Source of the DNA: Alteromonadaceae bacterium
GTDB lineage: Bacteria > Pseudomonadota > Gammaproteobacteria > Enterobacterales > Alteromonadaceae
Length of the DNA: 45,191 nucleotides
Assembly: GCA_036735825.1 (NCBI GenBank)
Contig: DAINNQ010000001.1
Location: 1 to 45,191 of the forward strand
Direction of reading: 5' to 3'
Positions 17,058 to 29,682 of this stretch are shown piece after piece. Positions within the stretch are counted from its first letter, which is position 1. Every line of letters starts with the position of its first letter. The position numbers and the translations under genes are program-made. Below the pieces are notes generated by a model that did no database searches, was not told where the DNA came from, and was given only the letters and a program-made list of their open reading frames with translations.

Positions 17058-17999
17058 TTAAATAATCTTTTGTTTTAACAAGCTGACAAAACTAGCGGCT
17101 GGCACAGCGATAGTAGGTTGATTTAAATACACTAAATGCCAGTAAAGCGTTAAACCTTGTTCACCTAGCTTTATCGTTTTTAGTTTGTTTTTTGAAGTAC
17201 GTTCAAGATCTTGCGGCAAATACTGACTTATTTGTCTTTTCGAGAAAATCGACACGCCTACATTCGCTTTGACTAATTCGATAATTGCTTCATTAAACCC
17301 CACTTGTAGTACTTTTTTCGGTAACACCCCTTCAGGCTTGAAAAACAACTCATATTCCCGATCTTTTTCAGGCACAGTCGAATTGGTGACATAGGTTTCG
17401 TCGATAAAATCTTGCGCTAACATGAAGCTTTGCTGAGCTTTTTCATGTTCGGTAGATAAACAGGCCAGCAATTCATCTTTAGCTAAGCATATTGATGTAT
17501 ATAATTTCTCGTCGACGTCTAAGTGTGGTTCAGCACTAGAAATCATCGCAATATCAAGATCATGATTAAACAAAGCATTGAGCGGTTGTTGCCCCGCATT
17601 GGCACTAATTTCTAGTTCGATAGTTTGATGTTGTTGATGAAAGCCTTGCATCACCGCAGGCAACCATTGAAACGATGCGTAATGCGGTAAGCCAACGCGC
17701 AGCACTTGTTCAACACCGTCAGTTAAGCGTGAAATATCATATTCTGCCCTCGATAATTCTTGCAGGATTTTTTTAGCCGAATACAACAAGCGCTTACCCG
17801 CATTGGACATAATAATTTTTCGACCGCGACGATAAAACAACGACGTATTCAGCCGTCTTTCAGCTTCACGAATGCGGTTAGTTAAGGCAGGTTGAGTAAT
17901 AAATAATGCTTGTGCGGCTTCTTTTACCGTTTCGCAGCGTTCTAATTCACAAATCATTTTTAAATGACTTATTGAAAGCTGACTTTTACTGAGATCCAT
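17058..17999 (-). CDS. LysR family transcriptional regulator
   Basis: An N-terminal LysR HTH is present (LKMICELERCETVKEAAQALFITQPALTNRIREAERRL), followed by a substrate-binding domain. I prefer the start at MDLSK (17999) over the 24-codon upstream extension in the ORF track. Confidence 0.9.
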   Translation of the reverse strand: MDLSKSQLSISHLKMICELERCETVKEAAQALFITQPALTNRIREAERRLNTSLFYRRGRKIIMSNAGKRLLYSAKKILQELSRAEYDISRLTDGVEQVLRVGLPHYASFQWLPAVMQGFHQQHQTIELEISANAGQQPLNALFNHDLDIAMISSAEPHLDVDEKLYTSICLAKDELLACLSTEHEKAQQSFMLAQDFIDETYVTNSTVPEKDREYELFFKPEGVLPKKVLQVGFNEAIIELVKANVGVSIFSKRQISQYLPQDLERTSKNKLKTIKLGEQGLTLYWHLVYLNQPTIAVPAASFVSLLKQKII

Positions 18000-18094
18000 A
18001 TTTACCTTGTCACTTGTTAGAGTATTTTCCAACAACTCACTGCCGTGTCGCTTCTTGTGTAAATACATCATCAGCTGAGCAAAAGTGGTAAAAA

Positions 18095-18121
18095 AAACTC
18101 ATTCATATATTGAATGAGTTT
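18095..18121 (-). terminator. Rho-independent terminator of the S41 peptidase gene
   Basis: AAACTCATTCA-TATAT-TGAATGAGTTT forms an 11-bp stem. On the minus strand it is followed by a T-run (complement of the A-run at 18091-18097). It lies 30 nt past the stop at 18151. Confidence 0.8.
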
Positions 18122-18150
18122 ATCTGATCATATTTTGAAAAGTTATCTTT

Positions 18151-19800
18151 TTAGCGAGTTAATATCCGATTTTTTGAAAATTGCGCTCTTGCTCTCATAT
18201 CTTCAATAATAAATTCTGAACCATTGACGACTCGTGGCGCTGCTTGGGCAATGCTATTTTGCTGTGCTGTGATCGGGCATTGTCCATTTTGTAAATAATA
18301 CCTCGCTGTCGCTAGCATTTTTTCTTGCTGATCACCGAGAGGGTGGGTTAAATCATCAGCCACTTCACAGCCTTGAATATCTGTGTCTAAACTCGGCATC
18401 TCACTTGGTGAAAAACCATCGGCATAATCACCAAAGCCTTTATTATTTTCACCTTTAAATTGCACGGTAAAGTATGTGGTATCGCAATTATCGGTCGCAT
18501 AAAATCCGTAAGGTTTACCGCAAGTTGTACTGCCAATTTGGATCACTTCAATATCAATACCACGCATACCGTTGATAAATGCCTCACTTGCCGAGCACGT
18601 ACCAGCAGTGGTCAAAACAAATACCCGTGATAAATTCACCGTCGGTAATTCTACACCTGCAATAATCACCTCACTATTTAAGCCAACTGTTTCATTATAA
18701 AAAGGTGTCGGTGATAATGCTCGGCCTGTGATCGGGTTAACCGTCGGATATTTGTCATTAAAAATGGTTTTTTCAAAGGTTTTGCCCTTGGTGTTATTAC
18801 CACCGACCATGTAACCCAGTTGGCTTGCTATCGCTAAATAGCCACCACCGTTATAACGAAAATCAATGATTAGCTCATCCACAGCTGCAGCTTCTAACTG
18901 GTTAAAAGCATCAAACAAACCTTTTTCTGCAGTCGCGATATGATCATTAAACACCAGATAACCCACTTTGCTATTGTCGACTGTAAAAGTGTCTACTATT
19001 GGCACAGGATCTGACACTATGGTTTGCGCAGTTAAGGTAATTTCACGACTTGCCTCAGCAGCTAAATCCTGAATTAAAAATGTTGTTTGTTGACCATTTT
19101 CACTCGGAAATAGACCATGATTTAACGCATCAATGCTGACTTGATCATTAGCTGTGGCAACATCAACACCATTAACTTCAAGAATAAGTGCCCCTCGACC
19201 TATCTGTTCGGCTAATGCAGGGGAATTAGGCTCTGAATAGGTCACGGTAATTGTTCTATCAATACCTGCACCTTGCTTAATCGCAATATTAAAACCGTAG
19301 CCGACCGAGGCGCCAGAAGAGGTTAGCAGCTGCCACTCTTCAGTCGACATAGTAAAATGAAATCTGTCTTTTAATCTGCCAGAGGGCGTTAGCGCTGGTG
19401 TTTTTAATTGATGAAAATATTCAATCACGCTATAGGGCGCAGGGTCTTGATCGGCAATTTCATCGTACCAAAGGTAAGTATCATTACTGTATGAGCGCTG
19501 CCATAACTTTTCTGCCATTTCAGAGCCCGTATTATTGGCAGCACATTGTTGCTCAAGGCTGCTGTAGGAAGAAAATTCGCCAGCGACCCATGTAGGAGTG
19601 TTCGTGCTGTTGCCATTATTGTTACCGACATTATTGCCAGTATTGCTGTTTGATGAACTTGAGCCACCACAGGCTGTTAATAAAGAAGTAAATGCGATTG
19701 CGGCGATTATTTTGGATGCCCAAGACGAATTCTGCAAATAGGTGAAACAACCACGAACTTTTCTAGTATTTATTACTGTATTTAAGCGAAATGTCATCAC
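18151..19800 (-). CDS. S41 family peptidase (C-terminal-processing-peptidase-like), lipoprotein
   Basis: 549-aa ORF with a lipobox (SLLTAC). A low-complexity Gly/Ser/Asn linker follows (GGSSSSNSNTGNNVGNNNGNSTN). An S41 catalytic-serine-type motif is present (TAGTCSASEAF). Confidence 0.7.
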   Translation of the reverse strand: MMTFRLNTVINTRKVRGCFTYLQNSSWASKIIAAIAFTSLLTACGGSSSSNSNTGNNVGNNNGNSTNTPTWVAGEFSSYSSLEQQCAANNTGSEMAEKLWQRSYSNDTYLWYDEIADQDPAPYSVIEYFHQLKTPALTPSGRLKDRFHFTMSTEEWQLLTSSGASVGYGFNIAIKQGAGIDRTITVTYSEPNSPALAEQIGRGALILEVNGVDVATANDQVSIDALNHGLFPSENGQQTTFLIQDLAAEASREITLTAQTIVSDPVPIVDTFTVDNSKVGYLVFNDHIATAEKGLFDAFNQLEAAAVDELIIDFRYNGGGYLAIASQLGYMVGGNNTKGKTFEKTIFNDKYPTVNPITGRALSPTPFYNETVGLNSEVIIAGVELPTVNLSRVFVLTTAGTCSASEAFINGMRGIDIEVIQIGSTTCGKPYGFYATDNCDTTYFTVQFKGENNKGFGDYADGFSPSEMPSLDTDIQGCEVADDLTHPLGDQQEKMLATARYYLQNGQCPITAQQNSIAQAAPRVVNGSEFIIEDMRARAQFSKNRILTR

Positions 19801-19930
19801 GCCTCCTAACTAATTCCATTTATATGGCACTTATCATTGAATTTTACCTGCCTATGTTAATTGAATGTAAACGTTTAAACCAGAGCGTGTTGATCTTTCA
19901 TGTTTGTTTTTGCTGCTAGCAACAATAAAA

Positions 19931-19951
19931 AAGCAATGATGAACATTGCTT
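19931..19951 (-). terminator. Rho-independent terminator ending the kynurenine-pathway operon
   Basis: AAGCAATG-ATGAA-CATTGCTT forms an 8-bp stem. On the minus strand it is followed by TTTTATTGTT. It lies 30 nt past the kynA stop. Confidence 0.7.
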
Positions 19952-19981
19952 CTAAAACACGATTAAAAGCGAAGGTCACTT

Positions 19982-20857
19982 TTACAAATGGGTTCGTAAT
20001 TCAAACAGCTCAGGGAAGAAACTGATATCCAGCGCTTTTTTCAAAAAACTCACACCTGATGACCCGCCAGTTCCCATTTTATTACCAATAATTCGCTGCA
20101 CAGTGTACATATGTTTAAAGCGCCACTGTTGAAACGCATCTTCAATATCGATGAGCTTTTCTGCTAGCTCATATAACTCAAAGTGCTCTTCCGCCTGTTG
20201 ATAAACCTTTAACCAAGCTTGCATCACTGAATCATTTTTCTGATACGGCTGTGAAAAATCTCGCGTTAATACATGCTCGTCAATTTTCATGCCCTTATCT
20301 GCTAACAAACGGATCACTTCGTCATATAAACTGGGCGCTTCTAAAACCACTTTTAATTCTTGGTAAACCTCGTCATTGGCACTATGCACTTTAAGTAATG
20401 ACGCGTTTTTATTCCCTAATAAAAATTCTAACTTGCGATAGCCGTACGATTGAAAACCTGATGAATGCCCTAAAGCATCACGAAATTTCAAATAATCCAC
20501 TGGGGTTAACGTTGATAAAATATGCCAAGATTGTGTCAGTTGATTAAAAATTTGTTTAACCCGTGAGATCACTTTAAACGCATGGCCAAAGTCACCTTCA
20601 TGAATATTTTTAATCGCTGCACTTAGTTCATGGCCTGCTAACTTAAGCCATAATTCACTCGTTTGATGAATAGTAATAAAGAGCATTTCATCATGTTGAT
20701 CTGACAAGGGGTTTTGCGCGCTTAGCACTTGTGACAAACATAAATAGTCGCTATACGACATGTCATCTTTAAAATCAGTATGTATGCTTTCTTCCAGCTC
20801 TCGATAATTGCTCGACTTATCTGAATTAGCATCAGAACTATGGTATGGACACGTCAT
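19982..20857 (-). CDS. kynA: Tryptophan 2,3-dioxygenase
   Basis: The TDO signature MSYSDYLCLSQVLSAQNPLSDQHDEMLFITIHQTSELWLKL and the C-terminal GTGGSSG are present. I prefer the start at MTCPYH (ATG 20857), which overlaps the upstream TAA by 1 nt (TAATG). Confidence 0.9.
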   Translation of the reverse strand: MTCPYHSSDANSDKSSNYRELEESIHTDFKDDMSYSDYLCLSQVLSAQNPLSDQHDEMLFITIHQTSELWLKLAGHELSAAIKNIHEGDFGHAFKVISRVKQIFNQLTQSWHILSTLTPVDYLKFRDALGHSSGFQSYGYRKLEFLLGNKNASLLKVHSANDEVYQELKVVLEAPSLYDEVIRLLADKGMKIDEHVLTRDFSQPYQKNDSVMQAWLKVYQQAEEHFELYELAEKLIDIEDAFQQWRFKHMYTVQRIIGNKMGTGGSSGVSFLKKALDISFFPELFELRTHL

Positions 20858-22278
20858 TATTGATCTCCTAATGGTGCGAGTTTTTGTTGTGCCAACACAT
20901 ATAATTTTTGATAAACATGTGCTTGTTGCCATTCTTGTTCAATGTTTGGAAGTTGCATAATTTCATCCATGATTTGTTGCTGAATATCTCCAGTTTCCAG
21001 TGCGGTTTTATAAGGAATGTCAGGTGAAAAAGTCACCATGGAGTACAAAGGCACCCATAAATTCGGATGCATTTGGTGAAATTGCGCTTCAATTTTTTTA
21101 CGTAATAAAAAGCGGGCATCACCCGACAAATCACTCATTTCAACAAAATTACGTTTTGCTAATTCAATGATTGCGTCACCATTAGCTTTGCGTTCAATTT
21201 GATAAGCCTGCAAAATGTCTGCCCATTGATGATCATGCTCGTCGACTAATTCCGCCAAAATTCGGCAATCTTCAAAACCGCAATTCATCCCTTGACCATA
21301 AAAAGGCACCATGGCATGAGCAGCATCACCAATTAAGGCAATGCTGTCGTTGACTAACCAAGGGTAAATATGAACTAAACATAACGGCGATGGCTCTTTA
21401 CTGAGAAAATCATCAACAGGGTTTTCAAGATAATCCATCGCGTCACTAAAATATTGATGAAAAAAATCTGACACTTGTTGATGTTCTCTCAACGATTCGA
21501 ACGACAACTCTCCTTGATGATTCATAAACAAGGTACACGTAAAAGAACCGTCAGTATTCGGCAACGCAATAAGCATAAAGTCTTTGCGCGGCCATATATG
21601 TAGAGCATTTTTTTCTAATTTATGACTGCCGTCTTTATTGGCTGAAATGGTTAATTCCATGTAACTTTGCGGCATGTAGTCTAAGCTATAACTGATACGC
21701 TCTTTAGGCAGCTCTTGCATTAAGCGCCTTACTTTTGAAAACGCACCATCAGCGCCAAAAATCAAATCACTTTGATGAATTTCTTTCAGATGTTCTTCGG
21801 TTAAATAGACGGCCGTATTGTCTGCAAAATTTAGCTGACTTAACCTATAGCCAAAATGAACGTTCACGTTTTGCTCTTGTTCAGCTAAGGCAATTAATTG
21901 CTCATTAATGCCAGCGCGGGAAACCGACCATATCGCCTGATCACTATTACCATAAGGTAGTTTAGTAAGATGCCCTTGCTCGTCATGCATAATACGGCAA
22001 TACATTGGAATAGCCTGCTGACGAATATCTTCATCTATACCCACCGCCTGCAATGCTTTCCAGCCACGATCAGACAGCGCAAGATTAATTGATTTACCTT
22101 GGTAAATATTGGTTTTTCTAGAATCAGGACGAGACTCAAACAAGTCAATTTGATAACCTTTTTTCGCAAGCATCACCGCCAACAACGCGCCAACAGGGCC
22201 AGCGCCATTAATCGCAATTTTTTGTGTTTTCGTTGTTTTTTGCAGATTGTGCTGCTGGTCGTGTACATATTCACTCAT
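20857..22278 (-). CDS. kmo: Kynurenine 3-monooxygenase (FAD-dependent)
   Basis: A Rossmann FAD motif is present ([30 protein letters not shown]). The GD motif ([23 protein letters not shown]) is typical of KMO and the PHBH family. I prefer the ATG at 22278 (MSEYV). It overlaps the kynureninase stop by 8 nt. Confidence 0.9.
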   Translation of the reverse strand: MSEYVHDQQHNLQKTTKTQKIAINGAGPVGALLAVMLAKKGYQIDLFESRPDSRKTNIYQGKSINLALSDRGWKALQAVGIDEDIRQQAIPMYCRIMHDEQGHLTKLPYGNSDQAIWSVSRAGINEQLIALAEQEQNVNVHFGYRLSQLNFADNTAVYLTEEHLKEIHQSDLIFGADGAFSKVRRLMQELPKERISYSLDYMPQSYMELTISANKDGSHKLEKNALHIWPRKDFMLIALPNTDGSFTCTLFMNHQGELSFESLREHQQVSDFFHQYFSDAMDYLENPVDDFLSKEPSPLCLVHIYPWLVNDSIALIGDAAHAMVPFYGQGMNCGFEDCRILAELVDEHDHQWADILQAYQIERKANGDAIIELAKRNFVEMSDLSGDARFLLRKKIEAQFHQMHPNLWVPLYSMVTFSPDIPYKTALETGDIQQQIMDEIMQLPNIEQEWQQAHVYQKLYVLAQQKLAPLGDQ

Positions 22279-23560
22279 GGTGCCACCCCGCAAATAATTG
22301 TTTTAACGTTTGACCACAACGATAGACATCTTCAAAACTATTGTATAAAGGCGTTGGCGCTAAACGCACAACATCAGGCTCACGAAAATCGGCAATAACA
22401 CCAGCTTCTGTTAAGGCTGCAAAAAAGCGTTTATCTGTGCCAATTAGTTTTACTGAAAGCTGGCAACCGCGTTTCTCTGGCGCTGTTGGCGTAATAATTT
22501 CTAACGAAAATTCAGGAAACTGGTTAACGATGTCGTTAAATACAAACTCTAAATACGCAGTTAATTGCAGGCTTTTTTTCCGTAAGTTTTCAATACCCAC
22601 TTGATGAAAAATATCTAAAGAAGCTTTTAACACCGCCATGCCCATGATCGGCACGTTACTCAACTGCCAACCTTCAGCGCCTGTCATAGGTTCAAAAGTA
22701 TTTTCCATCAAAAAGCGGCGTTCTTTATTATGCCCCCACCAACCGCCAAAACGTGGCGTTGCGGTATTATTACCATGACGATCATGAACAAAAATTGCGC
22801 CAACATTGCCAGCACTGGCATTGATATATTTGTATGTACACCATGCAGCAAAATCGACATTCCAGTCATGCAACTTCACAGGAATATTTCCTGCGGCATG
22901 AGCTAAATCAAACCCAGCCAAAGCACCGACTTTATGAGCCGCTTGCGTTAATTTTTCCATATCAAATAACTGACCGGTAAAATAATTTACACCGCCAAAA
23001 AATACTAAAGCCAGCTCGTCTTTATGTAATTCTATCGCCGCCAAAATATCTTCTTCACGGATCAAATGCTCACCTGCACGTGGCGCAACTTCAATAATCG
23101 CGTCATCTGCGTTAAAACCGTGGTGCTGCACTTGGGTTTCTAATAAATACCGATCTGAAGGAAACATTTTTGCTTCACTGATAATTTTATAACGCTGCTT
23201 AGTGGGTCGATAAAAGGAGACAAACAACAGATGTAAATTGGTGGTCAGTGAATTCATACACACCACTTCTGACTCATTGGCACCCACTAATGCCGCCATC
23301 GCGGGCGTAAGAATTTCATGATAACTCACCCACGGATTTTGCGCATGAAAATGCCCTTCTACGCCCCATTTCGCCCATTCATCTAGCTCGGCATTAACAT
23401 ATTCTTTTGCCGATTTCGGCGCTAAACCAAGGGAGTTACCCGTAAAATAAAGTACCTGTTTGCCATTAATAATGGGGTGATGAAACTTATCGCGATACGC
23501 CGATAAGCTATCGTTTTTATCTTGTAATTGGGCAAACGCTAAGTTGTTTTCAAAAATCAT
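22271..23560 (-). CDS. kynU: Kynureninase (PLP-dependent hydrolase)
   Basis: Length and motifs are typical of KynU, including the PLP-lysine region [14 protein letters not shown] and the N-terminus …[21 protein letters not shown] prefer the ATG at 23560 over the GTG at 23587 because of a better upstream purine run. Both starts are possible. Confidence 0.9.
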   Translation of the reverse strand: MIFENNLAFAQLQDKNDSLSAYRDKFHHPIINGKQVLYFTGNSLGLAPKSAKEYVNAELDEWAKWGVEGHFHAQNPWVSYHEILTPAMAALVGANESEVVCMNSLTTNLHLLFVSFYRPTKQRYKIISEAKMFPSDRYLLETQVQHHGFNADDAIIEVAPRAGEHLIREEDILAAIELHKDELALVFFGGVNYFTGQLFDMEKLTQAAHKVGALAGFDLAHAAGNIPVKLHDWNVDFAAWCTYKYINASAGNVGAIFVHDRHGNNTATPRFGGWWGHNKERRFLMENTFEPMTGAEGWQLSNVPIMGMAVLKASLDIFHQVGIENLRKKSLQLTAYLEFVFNDIVNQFPEFSLEIITPTAPEKRGCQLSVKLIGTDKRFFAALTEAGVIADFREPDVVRLAPTPLYNSFEDVYRCGQTLKQLFAGWHHE

Positions 23561-23583
23561 AATATTCTCGTCAATAGCCAAGA

Positions 23584-25608
<2,025 letters not shown>

Positions 25609-25612
<4 letters not shown>

Positions 25613-27084
25613 GCGTTATTCTCATCTATTTTGATACATATATTCATGGGTTCGGCGTAAAAATTAAGTGAGTGCTTACCACCTTCACGACCGATACCAG
25701 ATAACTTAACGCCACCAAATGGCGCGCGTAAATCACGTAAAAACCAGGTATTCACCCACACTAAGCCCACGTCCATTTGCGGTGCAACGCGATGAGCTCG
25801 CGATAGATTTTCGGTCCAGATAGCAGCAGCTAAACCATATTGACTGTTGTTTGCGCGGGCAATAACTTCCGCTTCGTCATCAAATATTGAGATATGACAA
25901 ATAGGGCCGAAAATTTCTTCCTGATTAACGCGATTATCATCATCAAGCCCGGTGATGATGGTCGGCTCGATATAACAGCCTTGATCGCGTTCATCACCAA
26001 ATTGCGGAACACCACCACCGCAAATGAATTCAGCACCTTGCTCTTTTGCAAGTTGATAATACGACAATACTTTTTGCTGATGTGTTTTAGAAACTAATGG
26101 CCCCATAAAGACATGCTCATCGGTTGGATAACCAATTTTTATCGCAAGGGCTTGCTGTTTGAGTTGTTCTATAAAGGTTTTAGCTATCGAGCGATGAACA
26201 AAAACTTTTTCAGTGCATAAACATACTTGACCACAATTGGTAAATGTTGAACGTGCCACTCCTGCAACTGCTTTAGTTAAGTCTGCATCACCAAACACTA
26301 TCGCCGCATTTTTTCCGCCTAATTCAAAGGAAATCGGTTTAACACCTTGGGCAACTGAACGCATAATGTGCTGACCAGTAGCGCTTGCGCCCGTAAACGT
26401 AACCGCATCCACACCTTGGTGAGCGGTTAACAAATCGCCAACGTTTTTTCCTCGTCCTAAGATAAGATTAAACACGCCAGGCGGTACACCAACTTCATCC
26501 ATCACCTTGGCCAGTAAAAAAGCCGTTGATGAGGTTTCTTCAGACGGTTTGAGAATTACGCAATTTCCACATGCTAAAGCAGGAGCAACTTTCCATGTTG
26601 CTAATAATAAAGGTAAATTCCACGGCGAGATTACCGCAACAACGCCTAAAGGCTTGTTGATACTGTAATTTAAGGCTTGCTCACCAGTGGGTGTTTCGGT
26701 GATAAACGTTTCCCCACTGTGCATTCTCGTCATATCAGCGAAGGCACGAAAATTGACGGTTCCACGGGGAATGTCGATGGTTTGCACTTGAAACAATGAT
26801 TTACCCGTATCAGCAATTTCAGCATCAATAAATGCTTGTTGTTGCTCGGCCATTTTATCGGCAACACGATGCAATAAATCACAACGTTGATTAACGGATA
26901 GTTTTCCCCATTCGCCCTGTAATGCTTTGCGCGCACTTTGCACAGCCAGATCAATTTGCTTGGCATCAGCTTCAGCAATTTTGCCAATAACTTGCCCATT
27001 CACTGGGCTAATATTGTCAAAATAATGCTCACTTTGCACAAACTGGCCATTGAGATAACAATCAAGCCGAGAGTTTTCTGTCAT
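25609..27084 (-). CDS. NAD+-dependent aldehyde dehydrogenase; candidate 2-aminomuconate-6-semialdehyde dehydrogenase
   Basis: 491-aa ALDH with the catalytic Glu (FELGGKNA) and Cys ([11 protein letters not shown]) motifs. It is the first gene of the kynurenine-pathway operon. The substrate is inferred from context. Confidence 0.75.
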
Positions 27085-27366
27085 CTGTGTTTATTTCCTT
27101 GAATCAACAGCTTTTGTATTTATTAGTATAAAAGTGTAGTAGGAAAATCACTTTAGCGACTCTCAATAAATAATAATAATTACAAAATATCGACAAACAC
27201 ATCAATTATTTGAATGCTTTGTTTTAGATCTCGGCTATAAGTCAATTTAACATTGCAGAATAAGTATCTTCGACAATACTTATAGGGTCTTTCCCATGAT
27301 AAACATAGCTATGAACGTAAATTAACTATTACGGATTCATTGCTTTAGCTAAAAGATGAGATACTT

Positions 27367-28581
27367 ATGCAGGACGCTCAATTTACAGATAACGGATATA
27401 ATTGGCTGCAAGTTTTATTAGTCGATGATAGCCAAGCTATTCTCAATTTTGTTTCTACTGTGCTAGAGAAAAACTACGATATTCACAATATCTACCAAGC
27501 AACTTCAGCAACTGAGGCAATACAAGTACTGCGCAAATCCAGCCAGCAATTTAACCTGATTTTTCTCGATTTAAACATGCCAAATACCGACGGTATTCAA
27601 TTGTTAAAACAAATCGCTGACCTTAATTATCAAGGTTATATTGCTATTATGAGTGGTGTAGCCACAAGAATTATTTCGTCAGTGGAGTTATTAGCCTCAC
27701 AATATAAATTAAATTACATTGGCACGCTCATCAAACCGATTCATGAAACTGATTTTGACAAAATAATTACCAAACTCGGAAAATCTCGTAGTAAAGCATC
27801 AACTGTAGAATCTCTTAAAACATACGAAATCATTAGAGCCGTAAAAAACGATGACTTCCAAGTGCTTTATCAACCGCAAGTCTCTTTAATTGATCGTCGT
27901 TTTATCGGGGTTGAGGCGTTATGTCGACTCAAGCATCCACGACTTGGTATGGTGTCTCCTAACCGATTCATTGATAAAGCGGAAGAAAGTGAGTTAATTC
28001 TGCACATCACCATAGCTGTATTAAAGCAATCTTTTGCTGATTGGCGGCAATGGAAAAAGTTCGGCTTAAATATTTCTTTATCAGTTAATGTTTCACCTAC
28101 CAATCTCCAGCAACCTGAATTTGCCGACAGTATCTTTGCTTTGCTTGATGAATATCAAATGCCTGCACAAATGTTATGTTTAGAGGTGACTGAAAATATT
28201 TTAGCAGATGACCGCCAACAAGAGTTGTCGAATATCAGCCGACTAAATATGCGAGGAATAAAAATAGCGCTCGACGATTTTGGTAAAGAGTATGCCACCA
28301 TTGAGCGATTGCAAAATTTACCTATAGATTATGTCAAGTTAGATAAAAGTTATTTTATCAGCCAAAATGAGCATAACCATCAACTTAACTTACTCAGTAC
28401 CACCTTGGCTTTGTCTGAAAAACTACATATTGCCACTTGTGCTGAAGGTATTGAAGATAGTGCATCAATGACATTAGCTACCGAAATGAAGTGCGATATT
28501 GCCCAAGGATATTATATTTCTAAACCTCTGCCTGCTAACGAAGTTATTGCTTGGTCGATGCAATGGCAAGAAAAAACATAA
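27367..28581 (+). CDS. Response regulator with REC + EAL domains (c-di-GMP phosphodiesterase, RocR/PvrR-like architecture)
   Basis: The REC domain is LLVDDSQAIL…LIFLDLNMPNTDG…K. The EAL domain has the EALCRL, EVTE, DDFG, KLDKS, EGIE and QGYY motifs, so it is probably catalytically competent. Confidence 0.85.
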   Translation: MQDAQFTDNGYNWLQVLLVDDSQAILNFVSTVLEKNYDIHNIYQATSATEAIQVLRKSSQQFNLIFLDLNMPNTDGIQLLKQIADLNYQGYIAIMSGVATRIISSVELLASQYKLNYIGTLIKPIHETDFDKIITKLGKSRSKASTVESLKTYEIIRAVKNDDFQVLYQPQVSLIDRRFIGVEALCRLKHPRLGMVSPNRFIDKAEESELILHITIAVLKQSFADWRQWKKFGLNISLSVNVSPTNLQQPEFADSIFALLDEYQMPAQMLCLEVTENILADDRQQELSNISRLNMRGIKIALDDFGKEYATIERLQNLPIDYVKLDKSYFISQNEHNHQLNLLSTTLALSEKLHIATCAEGIEDSASMTLATEMKCDIAQGYYISKPLPANEVIAWSMQWQEKT

Positions 28582-28589
28582 GCAGGGAA

Positions 28590-29444
28590 TTATTCATTCA
28601 AGCTTTGACGATAAAGATGCACAGCGCCCAATAAAGCCGCATTCTCAAGTTCACTTTTGGCAATGGTCAGGTTATTAATCACTCCTTGATAAGGAAATGT
28701 GCGCAGTTCTTGCCATAGAGATTCGATGAATAATGGGTAAGATTTCGCTACCGAGCCTCCAAAAACAATCATTTGCGGATCAATAATAAAAAGTAAATAA
28801 CTGATCGCTTTTGCCAGATGTTGGCCAAATTGTTTAAACGATTCTATAGCTACTTCATCACCAGCTAAAGCCTGCTGAGCTAACACTTCACCATTGACCT
28901 TAAAATGATCAACAAAAAATTGACCTGAACAATAATCATCAATGGTGCCATTAAGGTAACTAATGCCACCCACTTCACCTGCACAGCAATTATGCCCCGC
29001 ATGTAATTGATGATTAATAATTAAGCCAGAGCCAATGCCCGTCCCTAAGCATATGCCAAGTACATCTCGAAACGATTGTCCTGCGCCAAAACCGTATTCC
29101 CCTGCTACAAAGCAATTTACATCATTATTAATATAGATATCACGTTGATAATGCTGAAAAAGTGCTGCTTTAAGAGGATATTTTTGCCACGCTGGAATAT
29201 TGACTGCATCAAAAACGATGCCCTGATCAACGTCAACAATACATGGCACCCCAATGGTGATCGCTTGAGTGTCAAACGCAATAACACTATCGATACAACT
29301 GATGACAAATTTAAGTACCTCATCTTCACTAGCATGGGCATTAAAATTAACTAAACGGTTTACTTCAATCACACCATCGCGAAAACGTCCAGCATTGATA
29401 GTAGTACCACCAATATCTAACGATACTATTGAAGAATTATTCAT
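28590..29444 (-). CDS. nagK: ROK-like sugar kinase; by context N-acetylglucosamine kinase
   Basis: 284-aa ORF with an N-terminal ATP-binding motif (SLDIGGTTINAG) and ROK-type segments (GICLGTGIGSGLI, AGEVGG). It lies next to the nagX-nagP-chitobiase genes. The canonical ROK zinc/Cys motif is absent (see findings). Confidence 0.7.
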   Translation of the reverse strand: MNNSSIVSLDIGGTTINAGRFRDGVIEVNRLVNFNAHASEDEVLKFVISCIDSVIAFDTQAITIGVPCIVDVDQGIVFDAVNIPAWQKYPLKAALFQHYQRDIYINNDVNCFVAGEYGFGAGQSFRDVLGICLGTGIGSGLIINHQLHAGHNCCAGEVGGISYLNGTIDDYCSGQFFVDHFKVNGEVLAQQALAGDEVAIESFKQFGQHLAKAISYLLFIIDPQMIVFGGSVAKSYPLFIESLWQELRTFPYQGVINNLTIAKSELENAALLGAVHLYRQSLNE

Positions 29445-29682
29445 AAAAAATCCTAAATATTTCTGTGCTTAGCGTGCACAAAATCTATCGACGTAAGTAG
29501 ATCAACACCAAATGTTCCGATACTCGTGATGATTATTTCAAATAAAATGAATCAGAAATTTTATCAATCAGCATAAAAGCTAAACTAAAAAACTAAACAA
29601 AAAGTTAGCGCTATAGAAAACATTAAAGCCTGAGCCATCCTTTTCAGCAAGCTTTAACGTGATATGTGCTTATGCCAAGCTT

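Noticed and set aside
19398-19670. Two overlapping small ORFs (65 and 81 aa) within the 5' part of the S41 peptidase gene
   Set aside because: They lie in or alongside the region encoding the Gly/Ser/Asn linker. The repetitive codons there keep alternative frames open. There are no start-site signals or motifs.
20858-20932. 25-codon upstream extension of the tryptophan 2,3-dioxygenase ORF (MATSTCLSK…), and similarly the TTG start of KMO at 22293
   Set aside because: Both extensions lie inside the preceding genes. The internal ATGs (20857, 22278) give N-termini consistent with the enzyme families and the short overlaps typical of coupled operon genes.
27085-27366. A Trp-codon leader peptide, attenuator or riboswitch upstream of the kynurenine operon; also a 9-codon mini-ORF (ATG at 27296, MINIAMNVN) upstream of the REC-EAL gene
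   Set aside because: Reading the region on the minus strand shows no Trp-rich short ORF and no alternative hairpin set. The mini-ORF has no SD and no notable codon content. Only a small 8-bp inverted repeat stands out, and it is noted under the REC-EAL finding.
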